Origin: a virus
Reading direction: 5' to 3' (one strand)
Virus record (IMG/VR): IMGVR_UViG_3300029071_000002
DNA: 37,136 nt
The notes under the pieces are model-generated. The model was not told the DNA's origin. It saw nothing but the letters and a program-made list of their open reading frames with translations, and ran no database searches. Positions 9,088 to 16,771 of this stretch are shown piece after piece; within the stretch, counting starts at the first letter, position 1; the number at the start of each line of letters is the position of its first letter. Both the position numbers and the translations under genes were made by a program.

Positions 9088-10116
9088 TTAACTGACATAT
9101 TTTCTATGTGCTTCTTTGGCTTTGCTACGGCTGTAATTTCCATAATTATCTTTTGTTGTATTAAGATTGTTGTGTCCTACTAAATCTGCTACCAAAGTAA
9201 GAGGTACGTCTTTTTCCAGAAGTTCCGTAACAAATTGTCTACGCCACTTATGCGGATTAATTGCAATCCCATTAAGACGCTTATCCATCTCGCTGAGACT
9301 CTTCAGCATTACCCGCACTGCATCATCGGTCATTCTTTTATGTGGTGCACGGCTTCCTACAAATAATGCAGGATTATCGTCAGTGCGGCTTTCAAGGTAC
9401 TCTTTCAAATGTACCGCAGCTTCACCGTTAAAATATACTGGTCTTTCCTTCCGTCCCTTTCCATACACAATACATTGCCGCCCATACATATCTATATCTT
9501 CACGATTAAGCGCTACCATTTCAGATATACGCACCCCTGTCCTGTGAAGGAAGTCAACTATAGCAATGTCGCGGAGACTATGCTCTTTTGCAATGTCTTT
9601 CACAATTGTGATCTGCTCATCTGTAAATACTTCTTTTACGCGATGCTCCACCTTATTATCCTTAATCTTAAGCATCGGATTTTTTGTAATGTATTCTTCT
9701 TCGGTAAGCCATTTAAAAAGTCCGCGGAGCATACGCGTCTTATTATTAATTGTCTGATCCGCATTATGCCTTACCAGTTTGCAATGTGCCAGATATCCAC
9801 GTATATCTCCCGTGGTAATCTCGTTCAGTGACTTGTTCACAGCGGTGAAAAACTGCTTATATTCCTGCTTATAGGTTTCTACGGTCTTTTCCGTACAGCC
9901 GCGAACAAGCATGGAAGCCAGGAACAGCCTCACCCACTCAGATGTATTATCTATCTGAGTAGACAATCCGGTCTCTTCCCGGTATATCTGCATGTTATGA
10001 AGGGCCATATATAATACCGCTTTCGCATCATTAAGCCGCGTCTGCTCTGCTATCACATTTGTAAGTCCGTACATAATGTTGGTTACAACTTCGTCTAAAT
10101 TAACCTGTTCTGCCAT
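9088..10116 (-). CDS. Tyrosine recombinase, XerC/XerD-like (342 aa)
   Basis: N-terminal SAM-like core-binding region. Catalytic motifs TGVRISE, HKWRRQF, LVGHNNLNTTKDNYGNY. AAGGAGGA RBS. Confidence 0.85.
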   Translation of the reverse strand: MAEQVNLDEVVTNIMYGLTNVIAEQTRLNDAKAVLYMALHNMQIYREETGLSTQIDNTSEWVRLFLASMLVRGCTEKTVETYKQEYKQFFTAVNKSLNEITTGDIRGYLAHCKLVRHNADQTINNKTRMLRGLFKWLTEEEYITKNPMLKIKDNKVEHRVKEVFTDEQITIVKDIAKEHSLRDIAIVDFLHRTGVRISEMVALNREDIDMYGRQCIVYGKGRKERPVYFNGEAAVHLKEYLESRTDDNPALFVGSRAPHKRMTDDAVRVMLKSLSEMDKRLNGIAINPHKWRRQFVTELLEKDVPLTLVADLVGHNNLNTTKDNYGNYSRSKAKEAHRKYVS

Positions 10117-10203
10117 GATATTATCCTCCTTCTCAGACTGGAAAATTATTCCTCTTGCTTTTCTCTGCCTGAGCCGGTTATAATATACTCAAGCAGTTAT
10201 AGA

Positions 10204-10250
10204 GCGGTGGTAAGCATCTTCCCGGGTGTCCACCGCGTTTTTCTTTTTTC
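10204..10250 (+). terminator. Plus-strand intrinsic terminator-like hairpin
   Basis: GCGGTGG-(19 nt)-CCACCGC followed by GTTTTTCTTTTTTC on the plus strand only. Confidence 0.4.
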
Positions 10251-10281
10251 GCACATACGTTCTTTACTTTCTTTTTTTATT

Positions 10282-10310
10282 GCCGGGAAATGAATCCCGG
10301 CTTATTTTTA
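10282..10310 (+). terminator. Plus-strand intrinsic terminator-like hairpin
   Basis: GCCGGG-AAATGAAT-CCCGGC followed by TTATTTTTA. On the minus strand the hairpin is followed by an A-tract. Confidence 0.45.
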
Positions 10311-10586
10311 TTCAATAATTCTCTTTACTTCTTCTTTTGCATCGTGATACGCATGGGTGTAAACTGGCGGAAATCCCTCTGGCGGCTCCATTTGGTCCAC
10401 TTTATCCCGTATCTCTGCCAGACGCATACGCAGGTACTCATTTTCTGCCTGTAATCTTTGCGTTTCGTTGTATGCAGGATTATTTTTTAATATTCTATCA
10501 ATAACTTTGTGTAATCCATGTAAGCCCCTTAACATAGCATTGCAATACGCTATCTGTAATCTTAATATAGCTCTTTTTAATTTCAT
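10308..10586 (-). CDS. Hypothetical coiled-coil protein (92 aa)
   Basis: ORF with GAAAGGGGAAG RBS. Confidence 0.55.
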   Translation of the reverse strand: MKLKRAILRLQIAYCNAMLRGLHGLHKVIDRILKNNPAYNETQRLQAENEYLRMRLAEIRDKVDQMEPPEGFPPVYTHAYHDAKEEVKRIIE

Positions 10587-10625
10587 TCTTCCCCTTTCTG
10601 AAAATCTCGATTTAGTTGTGTAACG

Positions 10626-10793
10626 TTACGTATCGTTACACATAAAAAACATTTCCAGCGCCTTGCGGATCACCCAGGAGATGGAGCGGTCCTCACGCTG
10701 GCAATAGGCCATAAGCCGCCTAAACTGTCCCGGCTCTATGCTTATATCCTGCCGTATGTATTTTTCTCCTTCTGCTTTTCTCGGTCTTGCCAT
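10626..10793 (-). CDS. Ribbon-helix-helix (CopG-like) small DNA-binding protein (55 aa)
   Basis: Not in the ORF track (under 60 aa). MARPRKAEGEKYIRQDISIEPGQFRRLMAYCQREDRSISWVIRKALEMFF has the RHH pattern. AAGGAG RBS. Confidence 0.6.
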   Translation of the reverse strand: MARPRKAEGEKYIRQDISIEPGQFRRLMAYCQREDRSISWVIRKALEMFFMCNDT

Positions 10794-10846
10794 GCCGGCC
10801 GCTCCTTTCCCTGTGTATTACTCCGTAATATTTTCTTTATCTCGAT

Positions 10847-11236
10847 TTAGGCACCGAAATGCCTTTCGATAAAAGCATCATTCTCGGCTTTCTTTTTTTG
10901 ATAATAAGCCCGGTACATTAACATTGTTCTCGTGTCTACTCCGTCCGGAATATTATCGCCACCTTTGTATTTCACCGCCTCCGTTAATTTATAGCCGTGA
11001 TACGGCGGCGGTACTTCGTTCTCCCATGGAGGCATGAAGACGGCTCTTTCTGCTACTCCGATTCTCACAAGGTAATCCATGTACTTTTTTACTTGATACC
11101 GGCTCGTCCCCAGTATAGAAGCTATATTTACAAGGTTTATAATCCCGCATAATGGACACATGATATCAAGATCACATGATACGAGAACAGAAAACACCTT
11201 CCATGAATCTACTTTTTTATATTTCATTTTGCTCAC
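10847..11236 (-). CDS. Hypothetical protein with HTH-like segment (129 aa)
   Basis: NIASILGTSRYQVKKYMDYLVRIGV resembles a winged-helix/HTH segment. Confidence 0.5.
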   Translation of the reverse strand: MSKMKYKKVDSWKVFSVLVSCDLDIMCPLCGIINLVNIASILGTSRYQVKKYMDYLVRIGVAERAVFMPPWENEVPPPYHGYKLTEAVKYKGGDNIPDGVDTRTMLMYRAYYQKKKAENDAFIERHFGA

Positions 11237-11387
11237 CTCTAAATGACGGGATCAACTTTGGTTTGATATCTTTATTAATCAACATTGGCTTGCAAAGCTT
11301 TATATCTTCCAGAAATTTGTCTTTGTTACGGCTATTAGGGTTTTTGCACTTATCTGATCGCCATGGACAGTAATAGCATTTTTTCAT
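11217..11387 (-). CDS. Hypothetical small Cys-containing protein (56 aa)
   Basis: AAGAGGT RBS before MKKCYYCPWRSDKCKNP. Confidence 0.45.
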   Translation of the reverse strand: MKKCYYCPWRSDKCKNPNSRNKDKFLEDIKLCKPMLINKDIKPKLIPSFRGEQNEI

Positions 11388-11400
11388 TTCATACCTCTTT

Positions 11401-12144
11401 TTATACAAATGTCGCTTCCGGCTCTTTTTCCGGCTCAATGTAGCTACTGTCCCATTCCTCATCAATCACTATCGCGGTTCCCGCGCGTTCCAGCCTGAGA
11501 AGAAGGACCTCAAAATCAGACAGTCTTCGTAATGATGAGATTTTGATATTGCTCGAAATGCTTATAGAATATGGGTGTTCTTTTCCATAATCGCTAACAT
11601 ACTTTGAAACCTGAATCTGCATGTTAAGGTCTTTGTCGTGATCGTTTTCAAACGTAATTGTTGCTCTCTGCAAGCAGCTCCACGACGGTTTTTCTTCCTC
11701 CTCGAATCGCATTTCGCAATCTACCGGTGCATAATACACCCCATCATCACAGCATATCTCCAAGTTATCAACATCAATGTCTTTTGCACATTGTTTTATC
11801 CACGCTTTAAACAGGTCAGTGACTTTGATTTCCTTCTGTTCCGGTTCCAGCATAAGCGCCTTAAAATTTTCTAAAATGCGCTTTTCGGCCATGCAGCTAT
11901 CAGAATTCACAATTTCAGCAAGCACAGAATCCAACTTAGGGAGAAATTCGGTAAAATCGTACTTCTCGATATACGGAACCATAACCTCCGTAATTTTATT
12001 TTTAAGCGCCCTTTCGGCGTCTCCCCAGCGGAAAGCCTCGCCTACTGCACTTTTAAATGCCTCTTTAAATTTTTCCTTTACTATTTCCCGTACTTCCTCT
12101 TCTGTCAAGACGTCCTGTGCAATTTTCAATAATTCATCTTTCAT
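11401..12144 (-). CDS. Hypothetical acidic protein (247 aa)
   Basis: AAAGGAG RBS before MKDELLKIAQD. Long uninterrupted frame. Confidence 0.6.
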   Translation of the reverse strand: MKDELLKIAQDVLTEEEVREIVKEKFKEAFKSAVGEAFRWGDAERALKNKITEVMVPYIEKYDFTEFLPKLDSVLAEIVNSDSCMAEKRILENFKALMLEPEQKEIKVTDLFKAWIKQCAKDIDVDNLEICCDDGVYYAPVDCEMRFEEEEKPSWSCLQRATITFENDHDKDLNMQIQVSKYVSDYGKEHPYSISISSNIKISSLRRLSDFEVLLLRLERAGTAIVIDEEWDSSYIEPEKEPEATFV

Positions 12145-12164
12145 CTTTTTTTCTCCTTTAAATG

Positions 12165-12374
12165 CTAATTTTGCTGAGTAACTTTGTCTTTTTTCGCATA
12201 TCTTATGCAAAACTGAAGCAACCCTTCCTGTTCGTCTTTTTTTAATATTTCTTCAAGCTCTTTTACATTATCTGAAATAAAAAACAATAATAGTCTTGCT
12301 TTAAATGCTTCTGAATAACTACATTTATACGCTTTCTGTATATCGGAAATCCTGTATATATTGGTATCTTTCAT
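12165..12374 (-). CDS. Hypothetical protein (69 aa)
   Basis: GGGAGG RBS upstream of the ATG at 12374. Confidence 0.55.
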   Translation of the reverse strand: MKDTNIYRISDIQKAYKCSYSEAFKARLLLFFISDNVKELEEILKKDEQEGLLQFCIRYAKKDKVTQQN

Positions 12375-12398
12375 TTTCTCTCTCGACCTCCCTAAATA

Positions 12399-12563
12399 TT
12401 AATTCTCTTTATGAAATTCTTTGATAGTGTCCAATGGAATATAATGCGTACCAGCACTGACTCCTGTCCTGATATAATATTTCAGGCACCCATCTTTAAC
12501 GGAGCAATCATCCACACTTTTCTGTTCTTTCTTTCCGTCTCTGTATTCGATATTTAAATACAT
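12399..12563 (-). CDS. Hypothetical small protein (54 aa)
   Basis: Not in the ORF track. MYLNIEYRDGKKEQKSVDDCSVKDGCLKYYIRTGVSAGTHYIPLDTIKEFHKEN with GGGAGG RBS. Confidence 0.5.
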   Translation of the reverse strand: MYLNIEYRDGKKEQKSVDDCSVKDGCLKYYIRTGVSAGTHYIPLDTIKEFHKEN

Positions 12564-12590
12564 TTTAGTCCTCCCTCAAATCTTAATATT

Positions 12591-12664
12591 TGCGGAGTTT
12601 TGCACCTTGCACTGTCGGGAGTCGAACCCGGCAGTTCAGGGACTCGAACCCCTCTGCACTCCGC
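12591..12664 (-). ncRNA. tRNA-like cloverleaf element with two T-loop motifs (non-canonical; possibly a tRNA relic or att-type sequence)
   Basis: 7-bp closing stem GCGGAGT/ACTCCGC plus A. Hairpin AGGG-GTTCGAGT-CCCT. Hairpin ACTGCCGGG-TTCGACT-CCCGACAGT. Mini-hairpin TGCA-AGG-TGCA. Lies in a 126-nt intergenic gap. Confidence 0.45.
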
Positions 12665-12689
12665 TGGATACCCGGTACCCATGAAAATG

Positions 12690-13079
12690 TTAATTTTTTA
12701 ACTCAATCAGGGCATCGAATATATTTTTCGATAACTCATAATGTTTACAGCGCTTTGATTCATTTTTTATAACCAGATCACCGGTTATTCCAAACATCTC
12801 CGAAACATCGGTTCGCTCCTGCTTATTTGTGCAATTTCCGTTCACATTCCATGCACAGTTAGCGCACTGTTTCTTTATCTGGATTTTTTCGGCAGCATGG
12901 CTTAGCTTGCCTAACATACAATCGCAGCCCTCGTCAACTGTACTTGACGGTATATACCGGCTGCGTCCGGTACCGTAATCCACTTCATCGTATCCATCAC
13001 GGTAGGTATATGTTCGGGTTTTCCCGCAATACGGACATAATTTTTCAAGTGTCTTTCGCTGTGGTGTAGTACTATACAT
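12690..13079 (-). CDS. Cys-rich (zinc-binding-like) hypothetical protein (129 aa)
   Basis: CPYCG, CDC and CANCAWNVNGNC motifs. Confidence 0.55.
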   Translation of the reverse strand: MYSTTPQRKTLEKLCPYCGKTRTYTYRDGYDEVDYGTGRSRYIPSSTVDEGCDCMLGKLSHAAEKIQIKKQCANCAWNVNGNCTNKQERTDVSEMFGITGDLVIKNESKRCKHYELSKNIFDALIELKN

Positions 13080-13311
13080 TTTCCTGATCCCCTTTCCATT
13101 CGATCACCAGCTCCGGTACCGTTATACATCTCGGCTGCCCTGGCACCATCTTGATAATCCCGGCGTCTGCCATCTGCTTGAGATGCAGGTGTACACTGCT
13201 CTTGCTCTCCAGTCCTACGCCTTCCCCGATCTCTCTCACCGAGGGCGGCCAGCCGTGGGCTATAGTGTACTGGACTATGTAGTCCCTGATCTGCTTATGA
13301 CGCTCTTTCAT
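13072..13311 (-). CDS. LexA N-terminal DNA-binding-domain-only protein (79 aa, no S24 peptidase domain)
   Basis: [45 protein letters not shown] parallels Bacillus LexA [44 protein letters not shown]. The ORF ends before any Ala-Gly cleavage site or Ser/Lys dyad. Confidence 0.8.
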   Translation of the reverse strand: [79 protein letters not shown]

Positions 13312-14086
13312 GGTCTGCCTTTCCGGCCTCGTGAAGCATCTCAGCTACGGTCTCCGCAAATTTCTTTTTCAGGTCTATATCATTGTCAACAAGTTCTTTA
13401 CTTTTGATGCTCCGTTTGCTTCTGGTTTTCTCTCTGTACCTTGCCTCTGCCGCCTCGAAGTCAGCACCATTTTTTCGCATCTCCCGCCATACTGCCGCAT
13501 AGGTTGAGCAGCCGTTTGTACTCCTGTCTGCTCTCGCCTCAATAAGTGGTTGAATGATCTCCTGTCTTGTCAACGCAAGTTTTGCAGCTTCCGCCGCCTG
13601 AGCTTTCTCTTCTCGTAATCTGCATTCCTCCTCAAAATTGAAAAGGATTGATTCGAAAAGATTCCTTAACTTCTCGCTCTGTGAAATGGCCTCAAGTGTT
13701 GATGGTTTTTTATCTGATCTGCCTTTACAGTCTTTTACTTCCTGCGCCAGGCAGACCCCATACTGCCGATCCATCTTAAGATATATTTTCCGCAGCACGG
13801 TATTTAACGAATCATTCTGCTTCGGATATCTCTTCGCCAGTTCAGTACCTCTTTTATTCATGTTCATTTTCCAGATCATGCACGGGTCCGGCTCCCCTTC
13901 CTGTTTTCTGACCGGCCCTGCTGTCTTCTTTTTTTCCGCCGGAGGCTCCGACTCTGTATTTATCATTTCCTGCAGCTCCCGTAATCTGCCGTCAAAGTAT
14001 GTAATCAATTCCGTTCTGAGTTCCGCAAATTTGGAATCCATGTATACCCTGTCAACAAAGTTTTCGGGATTATATCTCTTTCCCAT
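13295..14086 (-). CDS. Hypothetical protein (263 aa), replication/regulation module
   Basis: GGGAG RBS before MGKRYNPENF. Long frame. Confidence 0.55.
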   Translation of the reverse strand: MGKRYNPENFVDRVYMDSKFAELRTELITYFDGRLRELQEMINTESEPPAEKKKTAGPVRKQEGEPDPCMIWKMNMNKRGTELAKRYPKQNDSLNTVLRKIYLKMDRQYGVCLAQEVKDCKGRSDKKPSTLEAISQSEKLRNLFESILFNFEEECRLREEKAQAAEAAKLALTRQEIIQPLIEARADRSTNGCSTYAAVWREMRKNGADFEAAEARYREKTRSKRSIKSKELVDNDIDLKKKFAETVAEMLHEAGKADHERAS

Positions 14087-14873
14087 GTTCACCATCTCCC
14101 ATATTCTGTAGTCCCTGCATTACCAGAGCGTCATAATCAACCTCACGCTGTGGGAACTGCTGGAACTGGTTTGTTTTCTGTTTTCCTGTCCTTCCTTTGT
14201 CCTTCTGCTCAGCTTCTTTCACCGCATTTATCACCCATTTGCGGATTGCCAAATAATGACTCTTTGCTTTATAGCCTTTCATCTCGATATACTCATCAAG
14301 AAACGTGACTGCTTTTTCCGCCATCCCCTCGCCGTACTCAGCCTGTAGTTTTCCCTTTTCATCATCTGTTAACATAACATGTTTATATTCGCCATATTTG
14401 TGTTTTACTTTAACGTCAGGTGAGGGTGGAGCGTCAGCGGAAGCCGGTATATTATTATTAATCTTATCTATACTAATCTTATCTAATCTAATCTGAGAAG
14501 CCGAAATGGATACAGGCTGTACACATTCTGTATCCAAAGTGTATACGCCGGTCTCTGTCTGGGTCAAAAGTGCCTTTTCTTCGAGGTGGATTGTCTCCTT
14601 GTAGCGGTCCCTCTGGATGTAGTTATGGACCCACCAATGTGTGATTACACAAATCCCTTTTTCCATCTGGATTATGTAATTTTTTGCCACCAGAATCTTA
14701 TAATCATCCTCACTGGCTCCAATGCTACGCATGATCTTTTTTGCATTGTCAAGGAATCCATCGTCATCCGCCCTCATACCAAGATGGAAGTAAAGCGCCT
14801 GGGCTGATTTCGGCATATCCAGGAACATATCGCTGTCAATAATTGCCTTTGAGAACATTCTCTTGTTTGCCAT
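14070..14873 (-). CDS. Phage replisome organizer (N-terminal organizer domain plus DnaD-like C-terminal domain)
   Basis: MANKRMFSKAIIDSDMFLDMPKSAQALYFHLGMRADDDGF is the typical organizer N-terminus. The C-terminal YGEYKHVMLTDDEKGKL...YLAIRKWV is DnaD-like. Confidence 0.8.
   Translation of the reverse strand: MANKRMFSKAIIDSDMFLDMPKSAQALYFHLGMRADDDGFLDNAKKIMRSIGASEDDYKILVAKNYIIQMEKGICVITHWWVHNYIQRDRYKETIHLEEKALLTQTETGVYTLDTECVQPVSISASQIRLDKISIDKINNNIPASADAPPSPDVKVKHKYGEYKHVMLTDDEKGKLQAEYGEGMAEKAVTFLDEYIEMKGYKAKSHYLAIRKWVINAVKEAEQKDKGRTGKQKTNQFQQFPQREVDYDALVMQGLQNMGDGEHGKEI
14459..14497. repeat. AT-rich iteron cluster inside the replisome organizer gene (candidate origin)
   Basis: TAATCTTATCTA occurs twice (14459..14470 and 14474..14485), followed by TAATC TAATC TG. 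Confidence 0.45.
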
Positions 14874-14875
14874 GT

Positions 14876-15355
14876 CTACACCTCAATTCCTGTTTTTCTG
14901 GCGTTCTGTGCCGGGGTAACGATCCGCAGGTTGTCTTTCCGGTTGTCCGCCCGATTATGGTTGATATGGTCAATCACAAGCCCATCACCGCGATACTGGC
15001 CGACTAACAGCTCATGCATTCGCATCATTTTTCCGTTTACCCTGGCCTGTGGGTATCCATCTATTCCGATCGACCATGAATGTTTTGACAGCCGGTCTAC
15101 ATCTTCGGCATCTACGTTAATTTCATCACCCTTGTGGGTACGTATAACATAGCTATTTGTATCCCTCTTTCCGCGTGTCTCCTGCTCTTCCTTCAAGCAG
15201 CCACAGGACTTTACATTCCCCAGTCTAAGATGCTCTCCTTTGACCAATTTGTCTTTTCCGCAGTTAAGACATTGACACTTCCAGTATCCCTTTCCTGCAT
15301 ATTCCCGAGCCACCAGAAACCCAAAATGCATACCGCTTAAATCTATATAACTCAA
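14876..15355 (-). CDS. HNH endonuclease (HNH_3-like) with N-terminal zinc ribbon
   Basis: VIDHINHNRADNRKDNLRIVTPAQN motif. Likely TTG start 8 nt after AGGAGG (MSYIDLSGMHFGFL). Confidence 0.75.
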   Translation of the reverse strand: MSYIDLSGMHFGFLVAREYAGKGYWKCQCLNCGKDKLVKGEHLRLGNVKSCGCLKEEQETRGKRDTNSYVIRTHKGDEINVDAEDVDRLSKHSWSIGIDGYPQARVNGKMMRMHELLVGQYRGDGLVIDHINHNRADNRKDNLRIVTPAQNARKTGIEV

Positions 15356-15484
15356 TTGTAATTCCTCCTTTGTTCCCCCGCCGCTAGACGAAAGACGGCG
15401 GAGGCAGTACCATGGCAATTATTATGTTCGTGACACATTAATTCTTGCCCCCTATCTAAAGGCTCGTTTCAGAGCCGACAAGGC

Positions 15485-16111
15485 TTATTCTTTATATTTG
15501 ATACCGTATACCTTATATTTCTCTGCAAAGCTGTTAAAACCGGTTGTATGAGCCTCTGTATGATGCACACGGCACAGACATATCTTTCGATGATCCGAAT
15601 CATCAAGCGTCCTGCGATCATTTCCCATCCCGATTGCATCAACATGGTGGACTTCTCCCGGCCTTCCGCAGATAGCGCACTTTTTAAGCTTCAGACATGC
15701 ATACAGGTAATGTCCAATATCATCAGTGCGGTTAAGTGCGAAATCTAATAGCGGTACTCCAGCTTCCAGCGCATAATCCAGTATCGTGTTGATATATTCC
15801 CGGGCCGTATCCATAGAGCAAGATGAGAGCGAAAAGTACTCGCAGCCTGTACGGTAAATATGCAGATACTTAAGCCACTCTTTCATGACTTCCGGCATCT
15901 CTCCTGTGAAAGCTGCAATGTCGTTAATCGTTGCGTATGCTTTCTTCCGCTGCTCTGCGCTTATGTGCCGTCCATCGTCAAGCCAGACGTTACATGTCCG
16001 CATGTGCTTTTCCTCCAGCGGACCCATAAGGTTTTTACCTGGAATGAACACCTGCAAATACGTCCCTTCCTCTACTGGCTTGTAAGCCGTTATATGTGCA
16101 AATTCATACAT
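15485..16111 (-). CDS. HNH-motif nuclease-like protein (NinG/Rap-like position)
   Basis: CAICGRPGEVHHVDAIG...CLCRVHHTEAH. Directly downstream of the ERF recombinase. Confidence 0.5.
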   Translation of the reverse strand: MYEFAHITAYKPVEEGTYLQVFIPGKNLMGPLEEKHMRTCNVWLDDGRHISAEQRKKAYATINDIAAFTGEMPEVMKEWLKYLHIYRTGCEYFSLSSCSMDTAREYINTILDYALEAGVPLLDFALNRTDDIGHYLYACLKLKKCAICGRPGEVHHVDAIGMGNDRRTLDDSDHRKICLCRVHHTEAHTTGFNSFAEKYKVYGIKYKE

Positions 16112-16123
16112 GCCATCACCCCA

Positions 16124-16771
16124 CTAATTAAACGGTAATCCATTATCATCTGGCGGCGATAATTGTTTCATTTCATCGTCTGAGACTGGAGGTGGTATCT
16201 TCTCTTTATCCGGCTTCGATTTAAGCACCTTTACAGCTTCGCTATACTGGTCAGCCTCCATCTCCTCCAGAGTCTTAAGACCATAGTTCTTTAAAAGCCC
16301 CTTTATTCCAACGCCTGTTCTTTTCAGCTCCTCTATAATTTCGTTTCGCTGGTCCTCATTGATTTTCCCGTTGGAGTCAGCATCTTTGTTATCATCGATA
16401 CAGAACAGGCCATTAAGCGCATATTTTCGGGCGTAACTGCTTGTACTTCCAGTTATTTGAGAAGCGTCCATGCCCTTCTTTTCTTCCTCTTCCCGTGCAT
16501 ATGCCTTATTGGTAATTTCGGCCCCGGTCTCGCAATCAACAAATTTTGCAATGCCCTTAACATAATACCGGTCCCCTATCTGCTCTATCTCATCGTTGAG
16601 GAAAAGCACAGCATTCACAGATTTTAAAAGCGGTTTTACGGCCTCCTGTATGTCCTCGCAGTTACGATAATAATATTTCCCAAAGAGATTATACTGGCTT
16701 TTCGGTACTTTGAGTTCCTGCTGTACTTTCAGCAACTTCTCATACACATTCATTACACGGCTATCGCCCAT
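16124..16771 (-). CDS. ERF-family single-strand annealing protein
   Basis: VYEKLLKVQQELKVPKSQYN...YYYRNCEDI...GSTSSYARKYALNGLF is characteristic of ERF. TAATG coupling with the upstream gene. Confidence 0.8.
   Translation of the reverse strand: MGDSRVMNVYEKLLKVQQELKVPKSQYNLFGKYYYRNCEDIQEAVKPLLKSVNAVLFLNDEIEQIGDRYYVKGIAKFVDCETGAEITNKAYAREEEEKKGMDASQITGSTSSYARKYALNGLFCIDDNKDADSNGKINEDQRNEIIEELKRTGVGIKGLLKNYGLKTLEEMEADQYSEAVKVLKSKPDKEKIPPPVSDDEMKQLSPPDDNGLPFN

Noticed and set aside
8330-9831. Plus-strand ORFs (186, 104, 126, 140 and 63 aa) opposite the RinA-like and recombinase genes; similar antisense ORFs occur throughout, for example 23420..23962 and 2277..2582
   Set aside because: They are shadow frames of well-supported genes on the other strand, with low-complexity Ser/Leu/Phe/Cys-rich translations and no RBS.
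12591-12664. Calling this element a canonical tRNA gene
   Set aside because: - There is no U8-A9/GCTC D-arm consensus and no 5-bp anticodon stem with a U33/purine-37 loop.
- Both internal loops are T-loop-like.
- Neither T-arm pairs with a 5' acceptor strand in the flanks.
- It is kept as a tRNA-like element only.
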